A stretch of DNA of 64,000 nucleotides from Candidatus Omnitrophota bacterium (GTDB taxonomy: Bacteria > Omnitrophota > Gorgyraeia > Zapsychrales > Zapsychraceae), in the NCBI GenBank assembly GCA_028280285.1, contig JANQMA010000011.1:58520-122519 (forward strand). Reading direction: 5' to 3'. The notes under the pieces were generated by a model. It was not told where the DNA came from, ran no database searches, and worked only from the letters and a program-made list of their open reading frames with translations. Positions 36,114-45,956 of this stretch are shown one piece after another (the first letter of the stretch is position 1; each line of letters opens with the position of its first letter). The position numbers and the translations under genes are program-made.

Positions 36114-37697
36114 ATGAACAAAATCATCCCTTTTTTCCTGGTTTTGACCTTTATTGCGGCCAGCTTCATTCTAAAGGTCCCGCATTTAGACGATCCTTAC
36201 TTCGGTCAGCATATATCAAGGCAGCTGCAAACCGTTGCAACTATTGACTATTACACACATTTCGGCATCGACCCGCTCTACCCAAGAGTCAATTATGAAG
36301 GCTGGCCCGGCTATTTGATTTATGAAATGCCGCTTTATCAAATGCTTACAACATGGCTGGCCCCTTCACCGGATAAAACGCTCATAACAGCCCGTATGCT
36401 CAATATATTCTTTGGGGCCCTGTCCACTATTTTCCTCTATCTGATAGCCGCGTTTTGGTTTAACCGCCGTGTCGGGGTCTATACGGCGCTCATATTCACG
36501 TTTGTACCTTTAAATATTGCTTTTATGCAGTCTTCGCTGCCGGATATATCCGCGGTAGCCATGGCCTTAGGCGCCTTATTATTCCTTATATATTGGCATC
36601 ACCTGCGCAAATGGTGGTTGATCATCCCCTATTGCCTGCTTGGCAGCATCGCATCACTCATTAAACCGATATTTTTATTGCCGGCTTTGATTTATATCGG
36701 CTTTTTTATTATCCAGAAATTATTCATACAAAAATCAACAAAGATAGGCCCCCTTATAAAGGAATACATCCCTTTTATTATCGCAACTTTTGTTATAGGC
36801 GTTCTATGCTTGCTGTGGATTAATCATAGCCATACTGTCCACGAAGGCAGCGGCCTTCTTAAACATCTATCATGGAAAGCTTTGCTCCATCCTAAGTTTT
36901 ATTATGTCATCGTCATTAGAATACTTAGACAACTTCTTAATCCGTTTAATACGCTTCTTTTTGTTATAGGCGGATTTTATCTTATTAAAAATTACCGCAG
37001 CAAAGAACAAATCACACTTTTAATTATACCGTTTTTGTTTTATCCACTGTTCGCCCATGTCGCAACAGTACATACCTATTATTCCTTAAGCATGTCACCG
37101 TATTTTTGCATGATCGCCGGGCTCGGCCTTTTTTGGATTGAAGAAAAACTCAGGTGTGACAATAAAAAGGTGGTTGTGATTATTATTATCACCATCTTGT
37201 GCGGATTTTCCGCTTTATCGTCGGTGGTCATGTACCTTAATTACGTAACAACTTCCATGATTCTGCCCAATCAGCGCTACACAGAAATGACAAACGAGGT
37301 TGGACATTTACTTGAACCTATGCAGTTTTCTACTGTGATCATTAATCCTAACGGCAACTTTTCCCTCGAAGAACGATTGCGCCACCTGCCTTCACGTTAC
37401 ATCAAATCATTTTTCAAAAAACCATCGGCAGCACAACTTTCTGAACGTGTTTCCAATGACCATCCTCTGGTTATGTCAGCGACGATGTACGCCCTTAAAC
37501 AATACGGGCGCTGCATTTATATTGATGACATTTCAACGTTTGATTTGGAAAACACAAAGGAAGATTTTAAGGGGCACTTGCGTTATGTCATCTACTATTT
37601 ATATGACGATCATAAACAAATTTATCAGCAGATGTCCGGCTATAGACCGGTTTTTGAGGATAAAAAGTGGGTTGTGTATGATTTAGCTGCAAAATAG
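36114..37697 (+). CDS. GT-C fold membrane glycosyltransferase (ArnT/PMT GT39/GT83-like, polyprenyl-phosphate-sugar dependent)
   Basis: 527 aa. ~11-13 TM helices, an acidic first loop (HLDDPYFG) and a C-terminal soluble domain of ~150 aa. Confidence 0.55.
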   Translation: MNKIIPFFLVLTFIAASFILKVPHLDDPYFGQHISRQLQTVATIDYYTHFGIDPLYPRVNYEGWPGYLIYEMPLYQMLTTWLAPSPDKTLITARMLNIFFGALSTIFLYLIAAFWFNRRVGVYTALIFTFVPLNIAFMQSSLPDISAVAMALGALLFLIYWHHLRKWWLIIPYCLLGSIASLIKPIFLLPALIYIGFFIIQKLFIQKSTKIGPLIKEYIPFIIATFVIGVLCLLWINHSHTVHEGSGLLKHLSWKALLHPKFYYVIVIRILRQLLNPFNTLLFVIGGFYLIKNYRSKEQITLLIIPFLFYPLFAHVATVHTYYSLSMSPYFCMIAGLGLFWIEEKLRCDNKKVVVIIIITILCGFSALSSVVMYLNYVTTSMILPNQRYTEMTNEVGHLLEPMQFSTVIINPNGNFSLEERLRHLPSRYIKSFFKKPSAAQLSERVSNDHPLVMSATMYALKQYGRCIYIDDISTFDLENTKEDFKGHLRYVIYYLYDDHKQIYQQMSGYRPVFEDKKWVVYDLAAK

Positions 37698-37704
37698 TAA
37701 AACT

Positions 37705-38583
37705 TTATTTTTCGCCGTAAGCAATAATAGTATCTGTTTTGTCTATTTTGTGTAAAAGGGTGTTATACATTTGCTCAAGCCACGCGGCTCTTAAAAAGGG
37801 CCATTTTTTATGCCCTCCCGGCTTACCACAAAAAATCCAGTAAATATGATTGGCCAGAGGATATCTTTGATATCCTTCTACTCTGACATTTTTAAATCCC
37901 GCCTCTTCTAAAAACACCTTCAAACTGGTTTTGGTGTGTAACAGCATATGCTCACTCCAAAATGTGAATTTTTTAAAACTTTTTAAATGAAATAAAGTGA
38001 TCAGCGCGTCCTTCGCGTGTGGTACTTCAACAACGATTTTTCCGCCGGGCGCAAGCATATTATAAATTCTTTCGAAAGCTGCGGAGGCATCAATTAAGTG
38101 CTCAACAACATGAAATAATGTGATGATATCAATATTTTCTACTGGGCAGTCATCAATACTCGTATAGACCTTATACCCTTCTTTGGCCAATTCATTACGA
38201 ATATGATCTTGCGGTTCAACCGCATAAACGTCAGACGCATATTTTCCTAATAAATCAAGCACTCCTCCAACACCTGTACCGCAATCCATCCATTTCTTTC
38301 CACGGATAAGTTCTTTAAACTGTGCACACCTTCTTTCATCATCATCTTTGACAAGCTGTTTTGCCTGCTCTCTGTCACTCGAAGACCAATACTCGCACCC
38401 CTCCTTTGCCTCATAATACTGCAAATCAATATGATCAGATTGTGAAAGAAAAATCACGCCCGACTTTTTATCACATAAAACTGAAATATCATCCCGGTCA
38501 CGTACTTGAGGGAATATCTCAACCACATCTTCCTGCTTAGTAATCCCCAGTGCGCATAATTGATCTAAAACTTTATGTCCCAT
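37705..38583 (-). CDS. Class I SAM-dependent methyltransferase
   Basis: 292 aa. MDCGTGVGGVLDLL SAM-binding motif. Confidence 0.6.
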   Translation of the reverse strand: MGHKVLDQLCALGITKQEDVVEIFPQVRDRDDISVLCDKKSGVIFLSQSDHIDLQYYEAKEGCEYWSSSDREQAKQLVKDDDERRCAQFKELIRGKKWMDCGTGVGGVLDLLGKYASDVYAVEPQDHIRNELAKEGYKVYTSIDDCPVENIDIITLFHVVEHLIDASAAFERIYNMLAPGGKIVVEVPHAKDALITLFHLKSFKKFTFWSEHMLLHTKTSLKVFLEEAGFKNVRVEGYQRYPLANHIYWIFCGKPGGHKKWPFLRAAWLEQMYNTLLHKIDKTDTIIAYGEK

Positions 38584-38591
38584 ATTATTTT

Positions 38592-39644
38592 CTATCTGCA
38601 GCTTTCATATATTTGCTGACAAGTGTCTTTTAAGCTATATTTTTGCTGCCAGGCAGAATAGTCTCGCTCAAAAGCTTTAAGACTGCTGATATACCAGATA
38701 TGATCGCCGCTGCGGTTTTGATCAGAAACACTATAATTCATTTTCTTTCCGGATATTTCTTCACACAGACTGATCGCCTCGAGGACCGAACAACTATTGT
38801 CCCGGCCGCCGCCCATATTATAAACAGCTGACGATTTAGGACTTTGCACATAGTGATAAAAGGCATTGACCATATCATAACTATGAATATTATCGCGCAC
38901 CTGCTTACCCTTATAGCCGAAAATGGTGTACTCTTTCCCCGTGATGCAGCATTTCATTAAATAGGAAAGAAACCCGTGCAACTGCGCACCGCTATGATTA
39001 GGCCCGGTCAAACATCCTCCACGGAAACACACGGTATTCATATCAAAATACCGTCCGTACTCCTGCACAAGCACATCAGCCGCCACTTTAGAAGCCCCAA
39101 ACAGAGAATGCTTACTCTGGTCAATACTCATCGTCTCATCAATCCCGTCCCAAAAGGCATGGTCTTGTTCAATTTCCCAACGCGTATCTGTTTCAATCAA
39201 AGGCAAACTGTTCGGCAAATCTCCGTAGACTTTATTAGTGCTGGTAAATATAAAGGCCGCTTTGGGGCAATGCAAACGCGTTAATTCCAACAGATTAAGC
39301 GTGCCGTTGGCATTAATTTCAAAATCAACAAATGGCTCCCGCGCCGCCCAGTCATGCGATGGCTGCGCTGCGGTATGGATAATAACCGAAATATCGGCTC
39401 CATACTCCTTAAAAATATTTTCTAAATCAGCATGATTACGGATATCAACCGGTTTATGTGTGTAGGCGGGAATTTCTTCCTGCAGAATTTTGAGGTTCCA
39501 GGCCGTTGACCCCTCTTCTCCGAAAAAATATTGGCGCATGTCATTGTCAATCCCGACAATGTTAAAGCCTTTATCGGCAAAAAAACGGACGGATTCTGAA
39601 CCAATCAAGCCCGCCGAACCTGTAATGAGAGCAATGTTATTCAT
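38592..39644 (-). CDS. CDP-paratose 2-epimerase (Tyv)-like NAD-dependent epimerase
   Basis: 350 aa. [28 protein letters not shown] and GKQVRDNIH motifs align with the Tyv/RfbE family. Confidence 0.7.
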   Translation of the reverse strand: MNNIALITGSAGLIGSESVRFFADKGFNIVGIDNDMRQYFFGEEGSTAWNLKILQEEIPAYTHKPVDIRNHADLENIFKEYGADISVIIHTAAQPSHDWAAREPFVDFEINANGTLNLLELTRLHCPKAAFIFTSTNKVYGDLPNSLPLIETDTRWEIEQDHAFWDGIDETMSIDQSKHSLFGASKVAADVLVQEYGRYFDMNTVCFRGGCLTGPNHSGAQLHGFLSYLMKCCITGKEYTIFGYKGKQVRDNIHSYDMVNAFYHYVQSPKSSAVYNMGGGRDNSCSVLEAISLCEEISGKKMNYSVSDQNRSGDHIWYISSLKAFERDYSAWQQKYSLKDTCQQIYESCR

Positions 39645-39650
39645 AAAATT

Positions 39651-39697
39651 AGTTGCTGGTTGCTCGTTGCTAGCAACAAGCGACTAGCAACTGTTTG
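39651..39697. repeat. Intergenic palindromic repeat family R2 (GTTGCTAGCAAC core), copy 1
   Basis: agttgctggttgctcgttgctagcaacaagcgactagcaactgtttg, starting ~6 nt from the start codon of 38592..39644. Second copy at ~54292-54357. Confidence 0.6.
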
Positions 39698-39820
39698 AAT
39701 AATTATTAAGCCACCAAGATTATACATCAATCCTCACAGATTGAAATATGAATTCTTTGATTTAATTGTGGGCAAATCGCCAAATATTCCTATAATAGAC
39801 TATGAAAGTTGGGAAAAATC

Positions 39821-40690
39821 ATGGGCAACATACGCGATATATTCAAAACTAAGGACAAAACCTTTTCTATCGAACTGTTTCCGCCCAAGACGGAAAAAGG
39901 CTACAGCAATTTGATGGGAACCATCGCCAAAATGGCTGCCCTTAAGCCGGACTTTATTTCATGCACCTATGGCGCCGGTGGCAGCAGCCGCGGCAAAACA
40001 CTTGATATTGTTGAACATATTGAAAAAGAGCACAATATAGCCGCCATGCATCATTTGACGTGCGTTATGCACAGCAAAGATGAAATGGAATCTATACTTT
40101 CTGATATTAAATCCCGTGGTGTTGACAATATATTGGCCCTGCGCGGAGATCCTCCGCAGGATAATCCTGATTGGATGCCGGGAGAAAATAACTTTAAGTA
40201 TAGCTCCGAATTAATCGCATTTATCCGGGAAAAATTCGGTGATGATTTTACGATCGGTGTGGCAGGCTTTCCGGAAGGCCATATTCTTTGCCCGGACCTT
40301 AATCAGGATGCTCAATATTTAAAAGGAAAAGTCCAAAGCGGCGCTGATTTTGTAATCACTCAGCTCTTTTTTGATAACCGTGATTACTTTGAGTATATGG
40401 GAAGGCTTAAAAATATTGATGTGACTGTACGCATTATTCCGGGCATTTTGCCGATAACGGATTATCAGGCCTTGCTCCGGTTCACAAAACTGTGTGGCGC
40501 AAGTGTACCAGATAAAGTGCATAAAATCTTTGAGCCTATTCAAGACGATAAAGAAGCAACACTTAAAGCCGGCATCGCATTCTGTATCGAGCAATGCGAG
40601 CGGCTGCTTGCCGCAGGCGCCCCGGGCATCCACTTCTACGCGCTTAACAAAATCCATCCGGTCGATGAAATATTATCAGCGATTTGTTAA
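39821..40690 (+). CDS. metF: 5,10-methylenetetrahydrofolate reductase
   Basis: MetF signature region SIELFPPKT...ISCTYGAGGSSR and ~290 aa length. ATG at 39821 is preferred over TTG at 39809. TATAAT at ~39791. Confidence 0.85.
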   Translation: MGNIRDIFKTKDKTFSIELFPPKTEKGYSNLMGTIAKMAALKPDFISCTYGAGGSSRGKTLDIVEHIEKEHNIAAMHHLTCVMHSKDEMESILSDIKSRGVDNILALRGDPPQDNPDWMPGENNFKYSSELIAFIREKFGDDFTIGVAGFPEGHILCPDLNQDAQYLKGKVQSGADFVITQLFFDNRDYFEYMGRLKNIDVTVRIIPGILPITDYQALLRFTKLCGASVPDKVHKIFEPIQDDKEATLKAGIAFCIEQCERLLAAGAPGIHFYALNKIHPVDEILSAIC

Positions 40691-40743
40691 ATTAAGGGGA
40701 CACAATACTTAATTCAATAATTAAGTATTGTGTCCCCTTAATT
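40690..40743. repeat. Intergenic hairpin repeat family R1 (perfect 25-bp stem aattaaggggacacaatacttaatt), copy 1
   Basis: Left arm ~40690-40714, 4-nt loop, right arm ~40719-40743, immediately after the metF stop. Identical arms at ~55705-55767. Confidence 0.6.
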
Positions 40744-40756
40744 TTAACCGCTACCT

Positions 40757-40794
40757 GCACCGGGTGCGGGCGCACCCGGTGCGCGGAGAGGTTT
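40757..40794 (+). terminator. GC-rich hairpin + T-run (intrinsic terminator between convergent metF and 40794..42083)
   Basis: gcaccgggtgc-gggc-gcacccggtgc (11-bp stem) followed by gcggagaggtttta. Confidence 0.5.
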
Positions 40795-42083
40795 TATTCC
40801 CAAGAAAATCCGATACCATGAATTTCAATGTCTGCTGTACCTGGTGCCGTAACTTTATAAACCAGATCATTAGTACTTGTAGAGGTTAAAGAAACATCTG
40901 CCTCAATAATACGGATGTTCCCCTGATACTCACCAACATCTGTTATTGTGCTGGCTGCATCAAATGTGCCTGTACTACCATTACGTGCCACCGAAACGGT
41001 AAGATCGTTTGTTAAATCATCACCGACAGCTAACAGCATAACTTTCGCACTTGTCGGGGTTGACTCAGCCTCAAACGTCTCAGATACTAATGTAAATGTT
41101 TGCCCTGACTGCGAAGCTAAATAGGATGATGTTTTCTCAGGAGCTTGTGCTGGTGCTGTTGGCACTGTGAATGATGGTGGTGTCGTTGTATCCGGTATAA
41201 TCCCGAATACATTCGGACTACTTACACGAAATTCATCAATATTGCCTTTCATATAAACAGTATCAACAATTTGACCAATAAAAATCGGTGAATCCTCAAC
41301 AAGTGTTGTGGTTACGGTGCTTGATACATGAGCCTTCTGACTCCCATCAAGATAAATACCAAACTCGGTACCTTCTTTAATAAATGCCACATGATACCAG
41401 TCATCATCTTCAATACTATTACCATTGGCATAACCAGTGTTAAGATTGATAATATTTGAACCATCCTTTAGAAAAAATTGTAACATTGATCCCTGCACAG
41501 GATCATAACTCGCCATGTAATATCTAATCAGATTATTAGATGGGGCCCAACCAGAAAAAAAGTACTGATTATCATACTGACCATCTAACTTAACCCAAAA
41601 ATCAATCGATAATGAGGATGTTGTACTGCTAAATGATAAAAAATCTTTTTCATCATTCAAAATAGCTGCATGATCACCGGATCCATCAACATATAAAGAC
41701 GCACCCCCAAAATAACCTTCCGATGTATCAATTGTTGCATCATATTTAAGCTCAATAATCTGACAATTTTGAGAAACATCAGATGTTAAATCACTTGTAT
41801 ATCCAGGCAAAGACTTTGATTCATCAAAATGAACAAGTGCTATAATATCGTCGTTATCATCTGATATAAAATCTACATAACTAGTATTGCTGTAATTAAT
41901 TCCACATTTATCAACAAACGCATCTATAAACCCATCTTGCATTTTACTTACTGATCTATTACTATTCTCAAGTATACGGTACCCGTTAAGAAACTCATTA
42001 ATAGACATTTCCGTTGCTTGCGCCTGCAAGGCACAAAACATTACACCAAAAAACATCAAACAGAAAATAATTCGTTTTTTCAT
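40794..42083 (-). CDS. Secreted LamG/concanavalin-A-like lectin domain protein
   Basis: 429 aa. Signal peptide MKKRIIFCLMFFGVMFCALQAQA. Central region matches the Laminin_G_3-type pattern (SIDFWVKLDG...YHVAFIKEGTEFGIYLDG). Confidence 0.5.
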   Translation of the reverse strand: MKKRIIFCLMFFGVMFCALQAQATEMSINEFLNGYRILENSNRSVSKMQDGFIDAFVDKCGINYSNTSYVDFISDDNDDIIALVHFDESKSLPGYTSDLTSDVSQNCQIIELKYDATIDTSEGYFGGASLYVDGSGDHAAILNDEKDFLSFSSTTSSLSIDFWVKLDGQYDNQYFFSGWAPSNNLIRYYMASYDPVQGSMLQFFLKDGSNIINLNTGYANGNSIEDDDWYHVAFIKEGTEFGIYLDGSQKAHVSSTVTTTLVEDSPIFIGQIVDTVYMKGNIDEFRVSSPNVFGIIPDTTTPPSFTVPTAPAQAPEKTSSYLASQSGQTFTLVSETFEAESTPTSAKVMLLAVGDDLTNDLTVSVARNGSTGTFDAASTITDVGEYQGNIRIIEADVSLTSTSTNDLVYKVTAPGTADIEIHGIGFSWE

Positions 42084-42291
42084 AACACCCTCCTTTTTGT
42101 AGTAGATGAAAGATAAAACAATTCGTTAAAATTGAAAAGGAGGAAAAGGAAGTTTATAGAAAGAGGCGAAGGTGCTCTGGCGGAGCGCCCCTTCAATCAG
42201 AAGTAATATAATATATATCAGTTAACATTATTATGCTATGAAAATTTTATGAGGAGGAAATGACAATTGGGTGAATTGTTTGTGAAAAAAA

Positions 42292-42365
42292 AGACCCAAG
42301 ACACCGGACACATGACACAGGGTAAAACTTGTGTCTTGTGTCATGTGACTTGTGTCCTATTTCAA
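42292..42365 (-). terminator. Imperfect hairpin + U-run downstream of yceI-like gene (minus strand)
   Basis: gacacatgacacag / ctgtgtcatgtgac-type inverted repeats at ~42300-42358, followed on the minus strand by a U8 run (plus-strand A-run ~42285-42292). Confidence 0.45.
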
Positions 42366-42372
42366 GTCTTGC

Positions 42373-42960
42373 TTACGACGCGTGGCCTTCGATTTCAATC
42401 ACGAGCGTGACTTCATCGTCGACAACTAGCCCGCCCCCATCAAGGGTCTTATTCCAGGAAATACCGAAATCCTGACGGTTGATCGTGACCCGTCCTTTAA
42501 GCCCGATAGCCGTCCCTCCGAATGGATTATTGACCGGCCCGGCAATCTCAACGGGAATATAAATCCTCTTCTCAACGCCTTTCATGTTGAGAATCCCAGC
42601 AATTTGATAACCATCATCGTTTTTGACAAGCGCTTCGCCTTTAAACGTAATGATCGGATACTTTTCAACATCAAAAAAATCAGCGCCGACCAGATGATTG
42701 TCACGCCCTTCGTGATTGGTATCAATAGATTTGGCTTGAATAGTAACCGCCGCACTAAAACCGGAAAGATTATCTTTATCCAAGGTAAACGATCCTTTGT
42801 AGTCATCAAATTGACCCCTGACCGTTGAGATGCCTAAATGCTTAACCTCAAACCCAAGTGTCGTATGCGAATTATCAATATTGTAGTCGACTGCATGAGC
42901 AGAAAGAGCGACCCCTGAGATCAATGTTAATGTTACACCTATAATCAAAATCTTCTTCAT
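42373..42960 (-). CDS. YceI-family periplasmic protein
   Basis: In-frame ATG gives MKKILIIGVTLTLISGVALSAHA, a signal peptide, then the YceI-like core (YNIDNSHTTLGFEVKHLGISTVRGQF). Two nt from the MarR gene stop. Confidence 0.75.
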   Translation of the reverse strand: MKKILIIGVTLTLISGVALSAHAVDYNIDNSHTTLGFEVKHLGISTVRGQFDDYKGSFTLDKDNLSGFSAAVTIQAKSIDTNHEGRDNHLVGADFFDVEKYPIITFKGEALVKNDDGYQIAGILNMKGVEKRIYIPVEIAGPVNNPFGGTAIGLKGRVTINRQDFGISWNKTLDGGGLVVDDEVTLVIEIEGHAS

Positions 42961-42962
42961 TA

Positions 42963-43439
42963 TTAGACCCCTTCTGTTTTTTGAATTGTATCCATCACTT
43001 CGGATAATTCCTGGCAAAGCGCGTCAATACGCTCCTGGCCAACAGATTGATTAAGTTGTTGTTGAAATGCTTTAAATAGCGCAGACGCCTGATTTGATTT
43101 TTTAAGTCCCTGCTCGGTAATAACAACCTTTTTAACACGCTTATCTTCTCCGGGTTTAAGATCAATCAGCCCATCTCTCTCCAGAATTTTTAAATTGCGT
43201 GTTAAGGTGGTTCTATCGGTGGCAATAGCCTCGGCCAGTTCATTCACTGTCAGCGGGCCCAACTCTCTAATCGATGCCAGCAGAGTCCCTTGGGGGGCAG
43301 TGATCCCAACCGGCTTAAACATACGTTCATATATGGCTGTAATTACCTTAGAAGCCCGGCGCACATTAAAACAAATACATGGACTTTCTTTGGCAAATTT
43401 TTGAACTTCGTCTTTTTTGTTTGCATCAAGTGTACACAT
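42963..43439 (-). CDS. MarR-family transcriptional regulator
   Basis: 158 aa. Winged HTH LLASIRELGPLTVNELAEAIATDRTTLTRNLKILERDGLI. Confidence 0.8.
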   Translation of the reverse strand: MCTLDANKKDEVQKFAKESPCICFNVRRASKVITAIYERMFKPVGITAPQGTLLASIRELGPLTVNELAEAIATDRTTLTRNLKILERDGLIDLKPGEDKRVKKVVITEQGLKKSNQASALFKAFQQQLNQSVGQERIDALCQELSEVMDTIQKTEGV

Positions 43440-43511
43440 AACTTATCCCAGTGGATAGGAGTATATACACATATTTGATGCTTGTCAATGAAAAAGCCCC
43501 GGCCGCCCTAC

Positions 43512-43946
43512 TTAATAACTTCCTTTATGCTCATGGTCAGATCCGTGGTGATCATGATCTGAGCCTTTCATACTACCTTTACCTTCCTTCATCTTTTTCT
43601 TATATTCTTTTTTTAGTTCTATAGCCTTGGCTTCAAAATCTTCTAAATATTTAGCTGGGTCTTCCAAGAACGTGTCCAACTGCTCTTGACCAACAAAATA
43701 GTAGGTTTTGCCTTCATACTCAGCCTTAAAAGCATCTGTCCCTTTCATAAACTTACCCTTAAAAACACACACAGGGCACAGACCACCCATTTCCGCTCCT
43801 TCAGCCATTTCCTTAGCCATGCTGCCTTTATCGCTGTCTCCCTTCATGTAACCACTTCCCTTTTTCTCATAACCGGATGCGGCAGCACTGTGCGTAAAAG
43901 CAACAACAAATGCTAATACTAAAAATCCTAACAATGTTTTTTTCAT
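43512..43946 (-). CDS. Periplasmic YHS-domain metal-binding protein with His-rich C-terminus
   Basis: Signal peptide. CPVCVFKGKFMKGTD...EYEGKTYYFVGQE matches the YHS-domain pattern. C-terminal GSDHDHHGSDHEHKG. Confidence 0.6.
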   Translation of the reverse strand: MKKTLLGFLVLAFVVAFTHSAAASGYEKKGSGYMKGDSDKGSMAKEMAEGAEMGGLCPVCVFKGKFMKGTDAFKAEYEGKTYYFVGQEQLDTFLEDPAKYLEDFEAKAIELKKEYKKKMKEGKGSMKGSDHDHHGSDHEHKGSY

Positions 43947-43977
43947 AATCTCCTCACTTTACTTTTGGTTAAACGAT

Positions 43978-44472
43978 TTAAAATACCTCTTCGAGATTCC
44001 CAGGAAGCTCATGTTCAACAGCTTTGACGATCCCTTGACTATCGACAAAGAAAAATGTCGGCACGCCGATGAGCTCATATGGTTCTTCGAGCGTTGCTCC
44101 CTGATCAACAATCATATCCAACTCAATCTTATTACGTTTGGCATACTTAGCGACCGTTGCAATATCTTCCCCATAATCAACAATGACCAACTTAATCCCT
44201 TGTTGTAATATATTTTCACTTTTCGCACTTAACTCTTTAAGTTGTGTGCGACAATGCGGGCACCATGTGGCCCAGAAAAATATAATCGCTTTATCATCAC
44301 CTCTGTATTCGGTTAAATTGATTTCTTTGCCATTGGTCGCCGGGAGTGTAAAGTCGGGGGCAGGCTTTCCGATATTGCTGTTTTCCATATAAAAAAGCTG
44401 CGCCGAGGCCGACGCAGCTAGCATGGGGGGCATAAAAACTAATGCCATACAAATAACTAGAAATTTTCTCAT
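43978..44472 (-). CDS. TlpA/ResA-like periplasmic thiol:disulfide oxidoreductase (thioredoxin fold)
   Basis: Signal peptide, WATWCPHCR active site, 164 aa. Confidence 0.75.
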   Translation of the reverse strand: MRKFLVICMALVFMPPMLAASASAQLFYMENSNIGKPAPDFTLPATNGKEINLTEYRGDDKAIIFFWATWCPHCRTQLKELSAKSENILQQGIKLVIVDYGEDIATVAKYAKRNKIELDMIVDQGATLEEPYELIGVPTFFFVDSQGIVKAVEHELPGNLEEVF

Positions 44473-44565
44473 GTATCCTATCCTTTATGAAATTCTTAAA
44501 ATTAATCCAAGACAACATGCTATCACCTAACGTTTACAATTGCCACGGGTATCTTATCTTTACAA

Positions 44566-45339
44566 TCAACTCATTAATTCGATAAGCTCGCTTTCCGGCA
44601 TATCGGTCACAATCACACACCCGACACCGGAATGCCTCTTATCAAGGCACAAAAGACTGGAATAGCCTTGCTCATTGCGAACATACATCTCTTTATCACC
44701 TTTACTTACATCTTTACCTTTAGTAAATTTCATATCCGTCGAGTCAATCATATAAAGTGACATGCGGTGTCCGTCTTTTTCGTAAAATAAAAGCGCAACC
44801 GGCTTTTCTTTTAAATGGCAAAGCCTCGCCCCGATCAGTTTGGCTCCTTTAACAGAAAGGTCCGGCGGACGCACTGGAAAAGATAGGCGGCCTTCAAACC
44901 ATTTGGTCACTTCCTCTAAATTATCAGTCTGTACTTCGGAAGAATACCGGCCACCCAAGCAATCAATATGACGTTCGATAGAGGCCTTAAATATAGGAAA
45001 GGCATTGGTGCTGCTTGTTAAAACAACAACAGCAAACACCGCAATCAAACCAACTGTGGCAAACCGGCCAAGCAAAGGGAAATCAAAGTCAAACCGCGGT
45101 ATCCAGGACAGCCAGCTTTTTTTTGCGAGACTCGCGACAACCTGCTCGCGCAATTCATACGGTGCTTCTTCTTGAACCATATGTTTGGCAACCAGCCCGT
45201 CAAACCGCTTTTCTTTTTCGTATTCCAGACGGGCCAGGGGATCCTCTGTCATCTTGGCCTTCATCTGAATGGCAAGGGTTTGGTCTAATTCATTGTGAAT
45301 ATAGGCCTGTAAATTTTCTCTAAACTGTTTTTCGTCCAT
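44566..45339 (-). CDS. Membrane-spanning anti-sigma factor (putative)
   Basis: 257 aa. Immediately downstream of the ECF sigma gene. Cytoplasmic N-terminal domain, a single TM helix (ATVGLIAVFAVVVLTSS) and a periplasmic C-terminal domain. Confidence 0.45.
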   Translation of the reverse strand: MDEKQFRENLQAYIHNELDQTLAIQMKAKMTEDPLARLEYEKEKRFDGLVAKHMVQEEAPYELREQVVASLAKKSWLSWIPRFDFDFPLLGRFATVGLIAVFAVVVLTSSTNAFPIFKASIERHIDCLGGRYSSEVQTDNLEEVTKWFEGRLSFPVRPPDLSVKGAKLIGARLCHLKEKPVALLFYEKDGHRMSLYMIDSTDMKFTKGKDVSKGDKEMYVRNEQGYSSLLCLDKRHSGVGCVIVTDMPESELIELMS

Positions 45340-45353
45340 AATACACCTTCAAT

Positions 45354-45908
45354 TTAAATTTCTGCCTGCACTTTTGGGTCCAACATTTTTTTAAGCGCAT
45401 TTTTAGCTGTGTGTAGCCTCGACATAACTGTTCCGATCGGCGTTTTCATAATCTTGGCAATCTCTTTATAGGCAAAACCTTCGACATAATAAAGCGTCAA
45501 AACCGTCCGTAATTCCTCGGGCAATTTATCAATCGCTACTTGCAGCGACTCACCAAATATCTCCTCCTGGGCCCCACTGAGCTCGGTTGTCCCGATCATC
45601 CCCTGATATTCATCAAAATCGATTTTGACCGGCTCTTTGGCTTTTTTGCGGTAATCATTGATGAACAAATTACGCAAAATCGTCAAAATCCAGCCTTTAA
45701 AATTCGTCCCTTCCTCAAATTTATGGTAAAAGCGGAAGGCCCTGAGCGATGCCTCCTGAACCAAGTCAGAGGCATTGGCATGATTGAGCGTCAACCTATA
45801 GGCGAGGTTATACATGGAATCCATAGCCTTAAGCAAATTCTCTTCAAAGTCTCTTGTAGACGTATTTTTTTGGGCTGCACTTAACATATCAAATCCTACC
45901 GGCTTCAT
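45354..45908 (-). CDS. ECF-type RNA polymerase sigma-70 factor
   Basis: 184 aa. Region 2 (LVQEASLRAFRFYHKFEEGTNFKGWILTILRNLFINDYRK) and region 4 HTH (YKEIAKIMKTPIGTVMSRLHTAKNAL). Confidence 0.85.
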   Translation of the reverse strand: MKPVGFDMLSAAQKNTSTRDFEENLLKAMDSMYNLAYRLTLNHANASDLVQEASLRAFRFYHKFEEGTNFKGWILTILRNLFINDYRKKAKEPVKIDFDEYQGMIGTTELSGAQEEIFGESLQVAIDKLPEELRTVLTLYYVEGFAYKEIAKIMKTPIGTVMSRLHTAKNALKKMLDPKVQAEI

Positions 45909-45956
45909 CTCTATAACAGCAGAAATAGTGGATTTATTCGAAAAAAGTGAGTTGGA

